Part shown: positions 1-11,524 of the stretch, piece by piece
Numbering within the stretch: position 1 is the stretch's first letter
How the letters are laid out: every line of letters begins with the position of its first letter
Source of the DNA: Neoechinorhynchus agilis
Taxonomy: Eukaryota; Animalia; Acanthocephala
DNA: 64,000 nt
Reading direction: 5' to 3'
NCBI GenBank assembly: GCA_051530055.1
Contig: CM121342.1
Span: 10,617,480-10,681,479, forward strand
Position numbers and translations under genes: made by a program
Notes under the pieces: model-generated
The model's database searches: none
Seen by the model: only the letters and a program-made list of their open reading frames with translations
What the model was told of the DNA's origin: nothing

Positions 1-41
1 ACAATGACTGCCTGAAGAGGCCAAAGCTCCACCCACGGTAC

Positions 42-602
42 ATGCGATTCTTAGAGAGTGAAAGTGGGAAGATGGGCAATTGCCATGCCCACGTTGGACA
101 AGATTTTGTGAACGCAGTATGTGAGCGTTACACCCGATATCTTAACCCTGGAAGGCACCAGTCTGGCGGAAATTCTATTATGTCTAAAGCGAAGTCACTG
201 GGCCTAAAAATTATTAAAATAAGGCGATCTTCAATCCAAACGATGGCAACAATTGCATTTCATGTGAGCAAGAATCAAGCTCAGTGGAGGAAAGTCAAGA
301 GTAGAACCTTGGATGAAATAAACGGGGACCCCGAGCATTTTCAGAGAATCGCAGGAAATATAGGAGACGCGAACGTTAACTTGGAGGACATGGTTACTGG
401 GCTTCAAAGGGACCAGGAAATCTTGAAGGAATTCATTCTGTGGAGTGCAGCCTCAGCCTACCGTTGTGACTTCGTAGTAAACACCGAATTCATTCTGTGG
501 AGTGCAGCCTCAGCCTACCGTTGCGACTTCGTAGTAAACACGGAACACTCGGAAAGCCCCCTCCACAATTTTCTTCCCTCATCTCTAAACACTCGTCCCT
601 AG
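42..602 (+). other. ORF of unknown nature (possible TE remnant) with an internal 57-bp tandem duplication
   Basis: 186-aa ORF; EFILWSAASAYRCDFVVNT occurs twice; no family recognised. Confidence 0.25.
429..541. repeat. Two-copy 57-bp tandem duplication
   Basis: gaattcattctgtggagtgcagcctcagcctaccgttg(t/c)gacttcgtagtaaacac starts at 429 and 486. Confidence 0.9.
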
Positions 603-779
603 TAAACACCCGGAACCCCAACCTTTTTCATCCCCCCTCGCTCGTACCACCCTCTACCAAAAATCTTTCTTCCCTCAAGCCCAATCTTTCTTTAATAACC
701 GGAAAACAAGGAAAGACTCCTAATCTGTCATTCTCCTGTAAAACTCCAAAGACAAATCCCACCTCCTTGCCTCAACATC

Positions 780-1175
780 CGACATCCAGACAACTTCAGC
801 AAAGATAGATGCTGGCAAGTGTTTGGATCGTTTTTCTTAATCAATAAAACGTGTTTATATATAACATCAAATTCGCTACCATTAAACCAGGGGGAGCAGC
901 AACCGCCGCTGAGGAATGCAAAAGGATCAAATACAGGGACCTGAGTCGAAATCATTATTTTGTTCCCTTTGGCGTCGAGGCACTCGGGTTGTTTGGTACC
1001 ACGGCACAGGATATGGTCAAGCAATTGTCTAAGAAATTGAGACGAAACACTTGCGATCCGAGATCAGGAGCATTCCTCCTCCAAAACATGGGTCTGGCTG
1101 TGCAACGGGTAACGCTCCATCCGTCCTTTCGATCGTCGCACCAGGACGGCAGCTGAGTGATCCAGGGCGGTGGTA
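780..1175 (+). mobile_element. 3' fragment of a CRE/RLE-type non-LTR retrotransposon
   Basis: KYRDLSRNHYFVPFGVEALGLFG...GAFLLQNMGLAVQR matches the restriction-like endonuclease C-terminus of copies at 45.6k, 54.8k and 60.7k; a related sliver lies at ~26455-26575. Confidence 0.75.
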
Positions 1176-1552
1176 TGAATGATTTCTGCTCCAGGATTCT
1201 GAAAGTTATGTTAATAAATCTCCAGGAATTAAGTGCGTTTTCGCACAATAACTTTGGTGTTGAAATCGGGATGTAGAATAAAAATTAGTACCCTCAATAT
1301 CCACATTCATGACAATTTAAAACGATTTTTGAAAGTTTACGTAAAAAATGGTAAACAGTTGTTGCGCCCAATCACTGTTTTCTATTTAGAAAACTAAATT
1401 ATAGATAATTGATTGATTAAGAGGTCACGTGGGTTTGCTATGGAAAACGCAAATAACCGTATAAGGCTGGAATACTATGAACAAGCTGAAGTTTTTCCCT
1501 AGCTACTGATTAGCGCAACCGATTTTAAAGACAAAACAATACAGCTATTGAA

Positions 1553-2869
1553 ATGGCTAAGGGACAACGATCACTAAATTCATTCGACGACAAAGATAGA
1601 GAGCCAAACGACAAGATTGAAAAATTTATTCGCAATATAAAGAATCAACCGCGTGATGATAGCAGCCGTGCTGTAATTGGAGATCCGATCAAGATTCCCT
1701 ACGAATTGAAAGAAGGTGAAGTGTTGAGATGCTGGTCATGGTCATTTGAAGTTCAAGAGTATCTCCAGCGAGGGACATTTGGAAAAGTCGTGAGATGTAT
1801 AGAACAAGATTCTCAATGGTCCGTGGCATTGAAATTCTTAAATTGCACATCTGCCACTTCAATTTTGGAATGCGAAGAAGTTCGAATATCGAAGCTTCTT
1901 TGCATCAATCGCGCTTCCGATTACAACATTGTGGATCTTGTAAGTGCATTTTGGTACCGCGGTCATATTTGTATGGTATTCGAACTGTATTCGATGGATT
2001 TAGACGATTATGCGAAATTAAAGCATCCCGAGCTAATTGAGCTGAGAGATTTAAGACCGATCGCGCAACAGTGTTTTGTCGCCTTGGCAAAGCTAAAGGA
2101 AATCGGAATTATCCACACGGACATCAAGACTAGCAACATAATGCTCGTCGATCCGCTACGGCAACCATTTCGAGTTAAATTGATCGATTTTGGCTTAGCC
2201 ATTGAAAATCAAACTGCAAAATCAGGAACTGTTTTGCAAAACATAGTTTACCGGGCACCTGAGGTCCTTCTCGGTCTGGAATATTCCGAAGCAATCGATA
2301 TGTGGAGTATGGGTTGCACACTGGCGAGACTGTTCCTTGGTTACTATATTTATTCGGGATTGTTTGAGTACGAACAAGTTAGTTGTATTTGGAACGCCCA
2401 AGGACCCTTTCCAGCGGAGATGTTACAACGATCTAATATGTTATACAACTTCTTTAAAATAACCCCAAAGGATGATGGTACATATTTAGCTCAGTTACTA
2501 AATCCTGAGGAGTATAGAAATCGATCTAAAGAGAACGTTGAGGACTGTAGAGTGAGAGGTTTTAAGTCTTTAGACGACCTCGTCGCCATTGAACGCTTTT
2601 ATACGAAGTCTGAAGAACTGGACAGAGTAGTATTTGTAGATCTCATAAAAAAACTACTTACAATTGATCCGAATCTTCGGATTCTCCCTTTGGATGCCTT
2701 GAAGCATCCGTTTATTACGATGGAGCATCTAAGTTCGTGCCATCAATATCTTGAGTTGTGCCGTTTTGGCATGGAAGTTTGCCGTGACTTTAATGATATA
2801 AAAGCTTCGGGAAGCTCAGCGATACGAATACAACCAAAGGGATCAATTAGTCGTCGACATTCAATATAA
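1553..2869 (+). CDS. HIPK-like (CMGC/DYRK group) protein kinase, intronless, essentially kinase domain only
   Basis: LQRGTFGKVVRC, VALK, HTDIKTSNIMLVDPLRQPFRVKLIDFG, YRAPEVLLGLEYSEAIDMWSMGC, HPFITMEHL resemble HIPK motifs. Confidence 0.85.
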   Translation: MAKGQRSLNSFDDKDREPNDKIEKFIRNIKNQPRDDSSRAVIGDPIKIPYELKEGEVLRCWSWSFEVQEYLQRGTFGKVVRCIEQDSQWSVALKFLNCTSATSILECEEVRISKLLCINRASDYNIVDLVSAFWYRGHICMVFELYSMDLDDYAKLKHPELIELRDLRPIAQQCFVALAKLKEIGIIHTDIKTSNIMLVDPLRQPFRVKLIDFGLAIENQTAKSGTVLQNIVYRAPEVLLGLEYSEAIDMWSMGCTLARLFLGYYIYSGLFEYEQVSCIWNAQGPFPAEMLQRSNMLYNFFKITPKDDGTYLAQLLNPEEYRNRSKENVEDCRVRGFKSLDDLVAIERFYTKSEELDRVVFVDLIKKLLTIDPNLRILPLDALKHPFITMEHLSSCHQYLELCRFGMEVCRDFNDIKASGSSAIRIQPKGSISRRHSI

Positions 2870-3564
2870 TCTCATTTCAAAAAGTCCGAAATGAGTGGTC
2901 TCTTGGTTTTTTATAGATTTAAAACCAGAGATGCTTGAAGAGTTGAAAAGATATTAAGTGATTTTTGTGTTTTTATCCGGATTGGATGGTTTATTTTTAC
3001 TGAGTGGAAGAATTTATTTCTTTAATTTAAACCTATTTTCGATTTTTGGTTAAAACACCGCAACATTACTCTCAATAGTAAACATTCTAAGAGACGAACA
3101 CAACCTACGCTAATGCAGATTTTTCAGTGACTGTCTCTTTTAACTGACGATCATTCCTCTTGAGACTAGAACAGGAGTAATTTTGGCATTGTATCAATTT
3201 TTAAATCTTCTGACTTTCGTTAAAATATCTGAAAATCTTTGATATCCTCCCAAGATTCAAATCGAGGCCCGAAACTGAGAAACAATGATTAGCGTCCTAT
3301 CATCCCTTTAAGATTATTTTTAAAGCTTTCAATATATGTGTATTCAAAGTTTCAAACCGATGATTAATAGCTATGATAGCAGAAACTCAATATATTATAT
3401 ATTTTCGGACGATAAAATATGGAAACTGCCGAAAAAATCGACACTATCGAGAATTCTCGATGGTTCTAATTTGCACGCAATATACAACTGAATTGTGGGA
3501 AAATGCCCACCACCGGTAACACGCGCTGTAAAGCCACTATTTATGATCTATTGATCTCATCATC

Positions 3565-3966
3565 TCAAGTCTCATGAGTGCTCTCTGGACCAGGAGCTGC
3601 AGGTCTCTTCGGCAGAAGAGCCTCTTGTATATTAGGCAGCACTCCGCCTTGTGAGATGGTCACTCCGCTCAGAAGTTTATTGAGTTCCTCGTCGTTTCGA
3701 ACTGCAAGGACCAAATGCCGTGGGATTATTCGACTTTTCTTATTATCCCTAGCGGCATTTCCTGCCAACTCCAATAACTCAGCGGTCAAATACTCGAGAA
3801 CAGCGGCCATATATACCGGAGCTCCACCACCAATCCGTTCGCTGTAATGCCCTCGTTTAAGGTGCCGGTGAATTCGGCCAACGGGGAATTGAAGACCAGC
3901 ACGAGTGCTACGACTTGTTGCCTTAGCTCGTTCTGTCGCCTTTCCGATTTTAGCTTTCCCGGACAT
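3565..3966 (-). CDS. H2A: Histone H2A (solo, divergent)
   Basis: [56 protein letters not shown]. Confidence 0.97.
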   Translation of the reverse strand: MSGKAKIGKATERAKATSRSTRAGLQFPVGRIHRHLKRGHYSERIGGGAPVYMAAVLEYLTAELLELAGNAARDNKKSRIIPRHLVLAVRNDEELNKLLSGVTISQGGVLPNIQEALLPKRPAAPGPESTHET

Positions 3967-5699
3967 CTTGGTAGTTCGATAGAAGGTGCAGCAAGTCTTC
4001 GAAGCGAGGAGACACTAGCTCTTTTATATGTTGCAGCTACGTAGTGTTGTGTGTGGTGGTGTGAAGTAGGACGGGAACAAGAGGTTGAGACTTATGTTGT
4101 GGCAGTGGGAAAGTAAAGAGCAATCGCTGCTGTTTACTGAAGCAACCGCATGCTTTATGACGGGGTTAATTGTAACTTTTTAGTCGATTGCACGCGACCA
4201 TCGAACGCTTGTATAATCTACCCCTCCTTAAAGAATATTAGTGAACAAATTTTTTGCGTCAATAGGAACAATTTTAAGAAAATGAAAGTGATCATGGCAT
4301 TACGAAGAGGGTCATTGACTTCAACTTCATTTCCTGATTAAAATGGTCCCTTCAGGATTAATGGACGATTGCTTGGATGTCAAATATTTCAATTGTGCCC
4401 GATCGAGAAGCGTTTATGAGATGTGCCAAAGAGCTAAAGTAGAGATTTAGAATAAACACCTTCCTATCTCCTGTTATACCATTGCGATTGAACAAGCAAC
4501 ATGCTACTGATAAGACTCGCATTTCTAACCAGATAAACATTGCTTTGTTGTGAAAACTCCAGGAAACGACGAAAATCCAAATTGGGTTGAGCGGCTCTGA
4601 TTTACTTTTGAAATAGAATCCATAGGTTGCCATCAAAATTTAAAGTGTGAATTTCAAAAGCCGGAGCATTTCATATTTTCTAAACAATTCGGGTAACCAT
4701 TTTAAATCATTAAATTGATGGGGCAAGATCATTTTTAATTGATTGTTGTCCCCCACCTACACTCTTTAACCAACTGATCTATATAAACATTAGCGGAGTT
4801 TCTGTGCATGGTGATCAAAACGAAATCCTCAAAAACCTTCAAACCTTTAAATTTTTTTACAATCTTCACTACAAACTTTCTTCGCTAAATCATTATGAAT
4901 ACTCAATTTAAAATGTTCCTATTTCACTCTCTGAATAGACACATTACAACTGTTAATACTAATTTTTGAAATCATCAATCCGTCCGCATTATCAATCACG
5001 ATTTCACCAATGCGAACTTTTTCGTGAACATCATCATATTTTAGACGGTGTTTAGTCAGAATTAGTTTTCTATGGGGTACGAGATTCACGAAAACCGACA
5101 CTGTTGATTTTTCGATTAATCAACGATTCTTCGAAAGATTAAACCTTTCGATGGGAATCTCACATCTATGAAGACGATGGACAATGATTCAGAGAAACCT
5201 GGTTAACAAACCCGTTAATATCAATGTCCATGCACAGGATATAACCTACTCATAAATTTGAAGATGCGATTCTCCAGCAGAGGATTGCTCACTAAATCGT
5301 CAGCTCTCAAAAAATAATACGACATCTTAAAATAAATTGCTTAAACTATCTAGGGTTCGAAATTGAAACTTTCAGTTACAAACCACTCTTTCATTTTGGT
5401 CGTAAAAAACCGCGTATTATCGTTCGTTTGCGTTTTCTAGTATTCGTATGTCCAAAATTCCACTTCAATAAAATTATGCGTTGTTTGGTTCACGATCGAG
5501 TTTGATAGCACTAGCGTCTGCGTTTCCTCGTATTCATTGAAAGACGAGAAGACCTCAAAAACAGTGGACGGGATTTTTGTTCGTATTGGTTTTCGTATTT
5601 CATTCGTACTTTTTTCGTGATGGAATTGCATTTTTCATCGATAAACGCGTGTTTCGTAAACCTGTGTTTTATTATGGCCGAAAATCAAGTGGCGGAGGC

Positions 5700-7560
5700 T
5701 TAAGGATCCCATACTCAGGGAAACGATGAAAATAGTGCTCACCAAGAAATTGAGCGAGAATAGGGCTCAACTGGAACGCTGGGGGAATGAGACAGCCGAA
5801 GCGATTCGTAATGAAGCAAAGAACATCCTAGGAATGACGTCGGGGAAACCTCCACCCCAAAACAAAGAGGCATGGTGGTGGAATCCAGCCGTCAAGGACG
5901 CAATCAGTCTGGAAAAGTCAGCGAGGAAAAGATTGGAATTCGACGCTTCGCCCCCGAATGCAGGCGCTTACAAACATGCAAAAAGGAAGGCGGCACGGGT
6001 ATGCGCCAAAGCCAAGAGGGAAGTTGATAACGACCTGTACGAGCAATTACAGCGATTGAGTTGTAGAGATATGGTCTTCAGGTTGGTAAAAGTCACTAAT
6101 AAAAAATCGCGGGATATCGTGCACCTCAAAATGATCAGTGATAGTCACAGAAAGACGCTGGGCCAATACAAGGACATTTTGGATAGGTGGAAGGAATATT
6201 TCAGCACTCTGCTGAACATTGAGAATGACAGACTGCCTCTAGAGGGCGTACGCCTGAATGCCAATATGACGATGCCGTACTCGTACGACGATGTTGCTGC
6301 ACAACTCAGGAAAATTAAGACTGGTAGGAGCGCCGGTCCGGATAACATTCCGATCGAGCTGTGGCAATCTCAGGGAGTCATCGGAATAAAGTTGCTCACG
6401 AGGCCCTTTCAGAAGATAGATTTGGAGGAAAAGATCCCGTCGGAATGGCAGGGAAGCATATTGATACTGATCTTCAGAGGCAAAGGAGATGTTCTGCAGT
6501 GTAGAAGCTACCGCGGCATCAAACCCGTCTCGCACAATGAAACTGTGGGAACGAATGATCGATCACAGGATTAGAGAAGAGATCAGAATCAGCTAGCACC
6601 AACGAGGATTCATGCCCGGCAGAAGCACAATCGATACAATATTCGTGCTAAGGCAACTGTATGAGAGGTTCAGTGAGATGCAGTGCCCGTTGCACAGTGT
6701 ATGTTCGTCGATTGGTGCGGGCATACCTCAAGAAAAGGAATTGTTCCGAACATTATGTCGCCGCAATCCTAGCGCACAGCAGAACGACCGACTATTTCCG
6801 AGTCTACGTGGGTTTGCAACAGGGTTCGGCCCTGAGCCCATTCTTGTTCGCGATCGTGATAGACGTCCTAGGATTTGCGGAAAGAGAAATGAACGCAGCA
6901 TGGACGATACTATTCGCGGACGATTTGGTGCTCACAGCTAGGGACGTAGACACGCTCAGGAATTTACTGGAGAGTTGGTGACAACGATTCGAGAGCAACG
7001 GATTGAGAGTGAGCAAGTGCAAAACGAAATACATGGGGCCGGATAACGTCGATATGTAAGGTACTCAGATCAGCCTGTTGAACATGCATTGTGAGCTCGC
7101 ACCAGAGATCGGACAAAGAGTTCAATGGGTGTGGAACAACTGGAGGAAGACAACAGGCATCCTTTGCGATAAGCGTCTCCCGAACAAGATTTAAGGGCGG
7201 GTGTACAAGGCAGTGGTGCGACCCGCCATGCTCTACGGAGCAGAGACGGTGGCTACGAAGAAAGAAGGCGTTCAACGATTAGCCGTCAACGAAATGCGGA
7301 TGCTGGGATGGTCCGCAGGATCGACACGCAAGGATCGAGTGCCCAATGAGGAGGTGCGAAAGCTGTTTGCTGTCGAGCCTATCGAGGAGGCAATGGCTAA
7401 GAGGCGGATGCGATGGTACCTGCAGGTGACACACGCATGGAGAATCGAGCTCGAGGGGAAAATGAGAAGAGGAAGGCCCAAGAAGAGGTGGGAGGACAGT
7501 ATGAGCGGAGATTTCAAGACTCTGGGAAAGGAGAACAAAGACGAAAGCCGACAATGCTGA
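5700..7560 (+). mobile_element. 5'-truncated, frameshifted RTE-clade non-LTR retrotransposon (RT region)
   Basis: Overlapping ORFs with AWWWN, GRSAGPDNIP, FMPGRSTIDTIF, GLQQGSALSPFLF, LFADD, YKAVVRPAMLYGAET, RGRPKKRW. Confidence 0.9.
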
Positions 7561-7900
7561 AAAAAACGACCTCTCAAGTGAGAGTAAAGTTCAAAGAAAT
7601 GTTGTTGTATATTCGTGTTCGCATCCAGTTTGCGCTTTTTTCATCGAAGAACATGATGCAATCGTTATAGCAACTTTACTAGTACTAATCAAGATATTTA
7701 AATAATCACATGCATCTGTTCTGCTTTTTCCCTACACGAGTGATATTATTATTTAAAATCTTGATTACCACTTGTAAAGTTCCTATAACGCTTGGATCAC
7801 CTTACATCGAATCGCCGTATAAATAACGAGCAATTCTTCATGCTTATTATTTGACCGTATTTATTCATTTATTTTAGTTTATTGTATTTTTTTATATCAA

Positions 7901-7957
7901 TGTGTGGCCTTTTATCACACGGCTGATAATTTTTGGGCATACAGCCCACCGATTTGG
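7901..7957 (+). repeat. Structured dispersed repeat, copy 1
   Basis: gtgtggcctttt..cacggctgataattttt.gggcatacagcccaccgat recurs at ~14670 (-), ~40575 and ~58443. Confidence 0.7.
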
Positions 7958-8034
7958 TCCAGAGAAGTAATTCAATTACTTAATGCACTGAAACATCCGG
8001 TAGGGCCAATCTTCATAAAAAAATATTCTTTTTA

Positions 8035-8300
8035 TGTTCCTTTATTCATTTGGTTGCAACGCATTTACAAGACCAATATCGTTGGAGTTTTATTAAGATC
8101 TCGAAGAAATTATAAAATAAATTTGAAAGTCATAAATTGAATGAGCTGGGTTACTTAGTCTTCACCTTGTGTTCATTTATTCATTTGGTTGCAACGCATT
8201 TACAAGGCCAATAACGTATGTTTTATCAAGATCTCGAAGAAATTATAAAATAACTTTGAAAGTCATAAATTGAACGAGCTGGCTTACTTAGTCTTCGCCT
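8035..8300. repeat. Two-copy ~135-bp tandem duplication
   Basis: tttattcatttggttgcaacgcatttacaag...gatctcgaagaaattataaaa...ttacttagtcttc present twice in tandem. Confidence 0.85.
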
Positions 8301-9077
8301 TGGGTTTTTCTTATATTCCCGATTTACTTTAATGATAGAACAACAATTTTAGATTTTTTTGTTCATTGATACGTTTCACGCTCCTAAATTTTCATTGTTC
8401 ATCATTAAAGAAAATGTCCTGTAGAGAACAATAGAACTGAATCATTGTCGGGGTCGATAATAGAAGTTTTTAGCTTGCGAGCGTGCGAATGATGAACTCC
8501 AGCGATGAGTTCCAACGGAAATTCGTGTTGCTCATTGCTTTCTTTTGCTACGCAATTTCTTTTTAATGATAAAACATCAACATCCCTATCAAACGTTTGA
8601 ACTTCACATCGAAAACATCTGCAATGTTGCATTATTTCGTAATGGTCATTTGCCCGCGTATTTGTCCGCTTTCGCTTGCTCGATACGTTTACAAATCCCT
8701 CTTTGGATTCCTTCCACGTGGATAACTAAAATGCTGTAGCGGAGTTATCGAAAAAGTTTTTTGTTTTAATAAAACCAAGAGTGTCGATTATCGTTGAATT
8801 CTTAAAATAAACTTGTTGTTATTTAATGGTATTCATATTTTTATAATTACTTACAAGCAATGCTCTGACTCAAACCGATCATTGTCGTGGAATATTATTG
8901 CAAAATTTACTAATTTTCGTTTCACTTCAATATTTGCATAAGTTGAAATTTATTTTAGTGAGGTTCGAAACATGTCATCTATAGTTAAAAACGCTTATAA
9001 AATTTCGATTAATAAGTTAATGGGTAAAATGGGCGACGTGCAGTACTGAGATTGTTCGAAGAATGAACTGTTCATAT

Positions 9078-9278
9078 TGGTTGTTTTATCGCGAAGAACT
9101 TAAAATGATTTTATTTTAAAATGCGATATTTCGGCACAATCATGGGCCTTTATCAAGGTTGTTAACTGAGAAAATACAAGTAATCCACTGCTAACAACCT
9201 TGATAAAGGCACAATATTGTGCCGAAATATCGGATTTTAAAATATAATCATTTTAATTTCTTCACCATAAAACAACCA
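9078..9278. mobile_element. Palindromic mini-element with a hammerhead-like motif (U3:A8 variant) in each arm
   Basis: Long inverted repeat; + arm TTGATAA-A-GGCAC-aatatt-GTGCC-GAA-ATAT-C at 9200-9231, mirrored on - strand. Confidence 0.65.
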
Positions 9279-9679
9279 GTACTAAGATTATGTGTTTATC
9301 TGTGATTTACAGAGCCAATGAAAATTAGAAAAAGTCTATAATGTCTCCTGAATACAATCTAACGGTAATTGATTACTAACGAGAACCGTTCAATAGAAGC
9401 TGCGTCAATATGAGGTTCGTTACGATCAACATAACATAAATAGTCTTAGCATAATTTTTTAGCTTTCCAAACGTTAGATATGGCTCAACGCTCAAACCGC
9501 TTTTCGTTTAATTAAAAAATAATCATGCACAGGGTAGAAATGTTGTTCATTGGTTTTTTTTGTTAATATTTACTTGGCACATCGGATTTAATAAATTAAT
9601 TTAATTTTTACGCCATAAACAAGCAAATTAATATCTACTTCTCATCCGCAAAACAAAAAATATATATCCATGGACGACT

Positions 9680-10785
9680 TAATGATTTATTTTTTGACAA
9701 ATGGTTAGAAACTGATACTGAAGGTGAAACGCTATTTAATGAATTAAAATGATTATTCGAACTGACGGTGCTCCGGTATAGTTAAAGAAAGCTGTACCGA
9801 ATATATTTGCATTACACTGTGTCAATCATCTACATATGCGCTGGTTATCTAAAAGTTCATGATTACATCGATTTTATATGCTCTTTGATTCAATGTTGGA
9901 ATTCTTGGAAAACAAAGATAATGATTTGCGACACAATTTAATTAGCTCAAAAAAATGACAAACTTATTCATTTGCCACACCGGATTCGTCATCCACCTCT
10001 CCGGATTCGTCATCTACTCCAAATTCAGGTGATCACGAGGACCCAATAAAACGTGTTACTATTATATCCTAATTTAAAACTGCGAAATAATTAATAACAT
10101 TTAATCGAAACTAAAAGCGCAGTTTTTGCGTTTGTAGCAAAACTTTTTCTATACAAACAAATCCTAGGGAGATGATAATGTTCTAAGTTTGCAAATCTTT
10201 TGCAATTGCAAAATGGACATGAAGATTTACTTGCTTACTGTCAACACTTAACAGCTCTTCATGAAGATCTGAACGAAAGATTTGAAGGCACTGTTCACTT
10301 GGATATTCCCAACTGGGTGTTGAACCCTTCTACTTGTGGATAAACTTATATCCCAAATACAGATGAATTCATGCTCATCCAAGAGATACTTATTGAAACA
10401 TCTACATATGAGCAACTGAAACCAGTGTTTGAACAAGTATGCGATAAATTCTGGTTACAAAAACAGATACCAATTAAATATCCTACGTTATGTGTATTGT
10501 GCAGAAGTTGTTAATTGTTTTCCCTTCTTCCCATTTGGTAGAAAGTGAATTCAATGCCGCCATGAACCTCATAACAAACAAAAGAAACCGATTAGATCGG
10601 TGGTGGGGATTTACGGTTGCTGCTGATTGATTCGGATATCAATACCCATATCGCATTCAGTTCATCCAAGTCATTAAATTTGTATTTTGTTTTAAACGAA
10701 AGTTTTAAGTTATGCATTTAGTGGATTTTTCACCAGGGGTCGGCGTTCAAGTTTTTCACAGGTCAAGAAAGTTTGGGAACTACTG
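9680..10785 (+). mobile_element. Decayed hAT (Buster-like) DNA transposon 3' part
   Basis: Broken frames read MRWLSKS..RFYMLFDSMLEFLENKD, QHLTALHEDLNERF, KYPTL, ITNKRNRL; hAT-like TIR gtttgggaactactg at 10771-10785. Confidence 0.7.
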
Positions 10786-11233
10786 CACTAGATGGTCTAC
10801 TATCGAAAATTAGTCAGTGATGTTAACAAGTTTGCAGAAATTTATTTCAAAATAAAATTGCTATAATCAATCTAAAGCGTCAGCTCAAAACGAATCGCGG
10901 TCTAAAAATCGAAATACCATTTCACGTTCGTCTTTGACTTGATAAATATAATTATCTATATCCAGTTTTTCGAAAATTAGCAGTATCATTTTTTTCTGGT
11001 ATTGGCAATTGAATTTATGGACAGGGCAGGCCGTATCACTGTGTTCGATGGAGACGTTTCACGCTTTTCAAACTTCATTGTTGTTCATTGAACATAATTT
11101 TTCATGGATCCAATGGAATCGTAAGACCTCCGAGGGCGAATAAGAAAGTGGGAGGATGTGCGAATGTTGAATATCAGCACAAACCCACGTTGTTCATATG
11201 GACATATTTTGTTTGGTGATTGAGAAAAGAGAG

Positions 11234-11384
11234 AGATTAATTTATTAATTCCTTTTCACAATATTTCGTCCGTCTCGTTGGACTTCTTCAGGTCTAAGAG
11301 ATAGGTCAGGATGGCTACGTTTTAGACCTGAAGAAGTCTGACGAAACGGACGAAATATTGTGAAAAGAAATTAATAAATTAATC
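11234..11384. mobile_element. Palindromic mini-element with two outward-facing hammerhead-like motifs
   Basis: ~60-bp inverted arms; each reads CTGAAGA-A-GTC(C)-loop-(G)GAC-GAA-ATAT-T. Confidence 0.7.
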
Positions 11385-11524
11385 TGTTATGCGAGGTTGC
11401 TTTCAAATTTTAGAACAAAGTCACAGACTAGCTATTTCTCACGAGAGACACACAATGATGAGAGTACTTTTCATAGCGTATAGTTAGCGTGTTTATTTTT
11501 TTGCAAACTTAAAACTAGGAAAAT

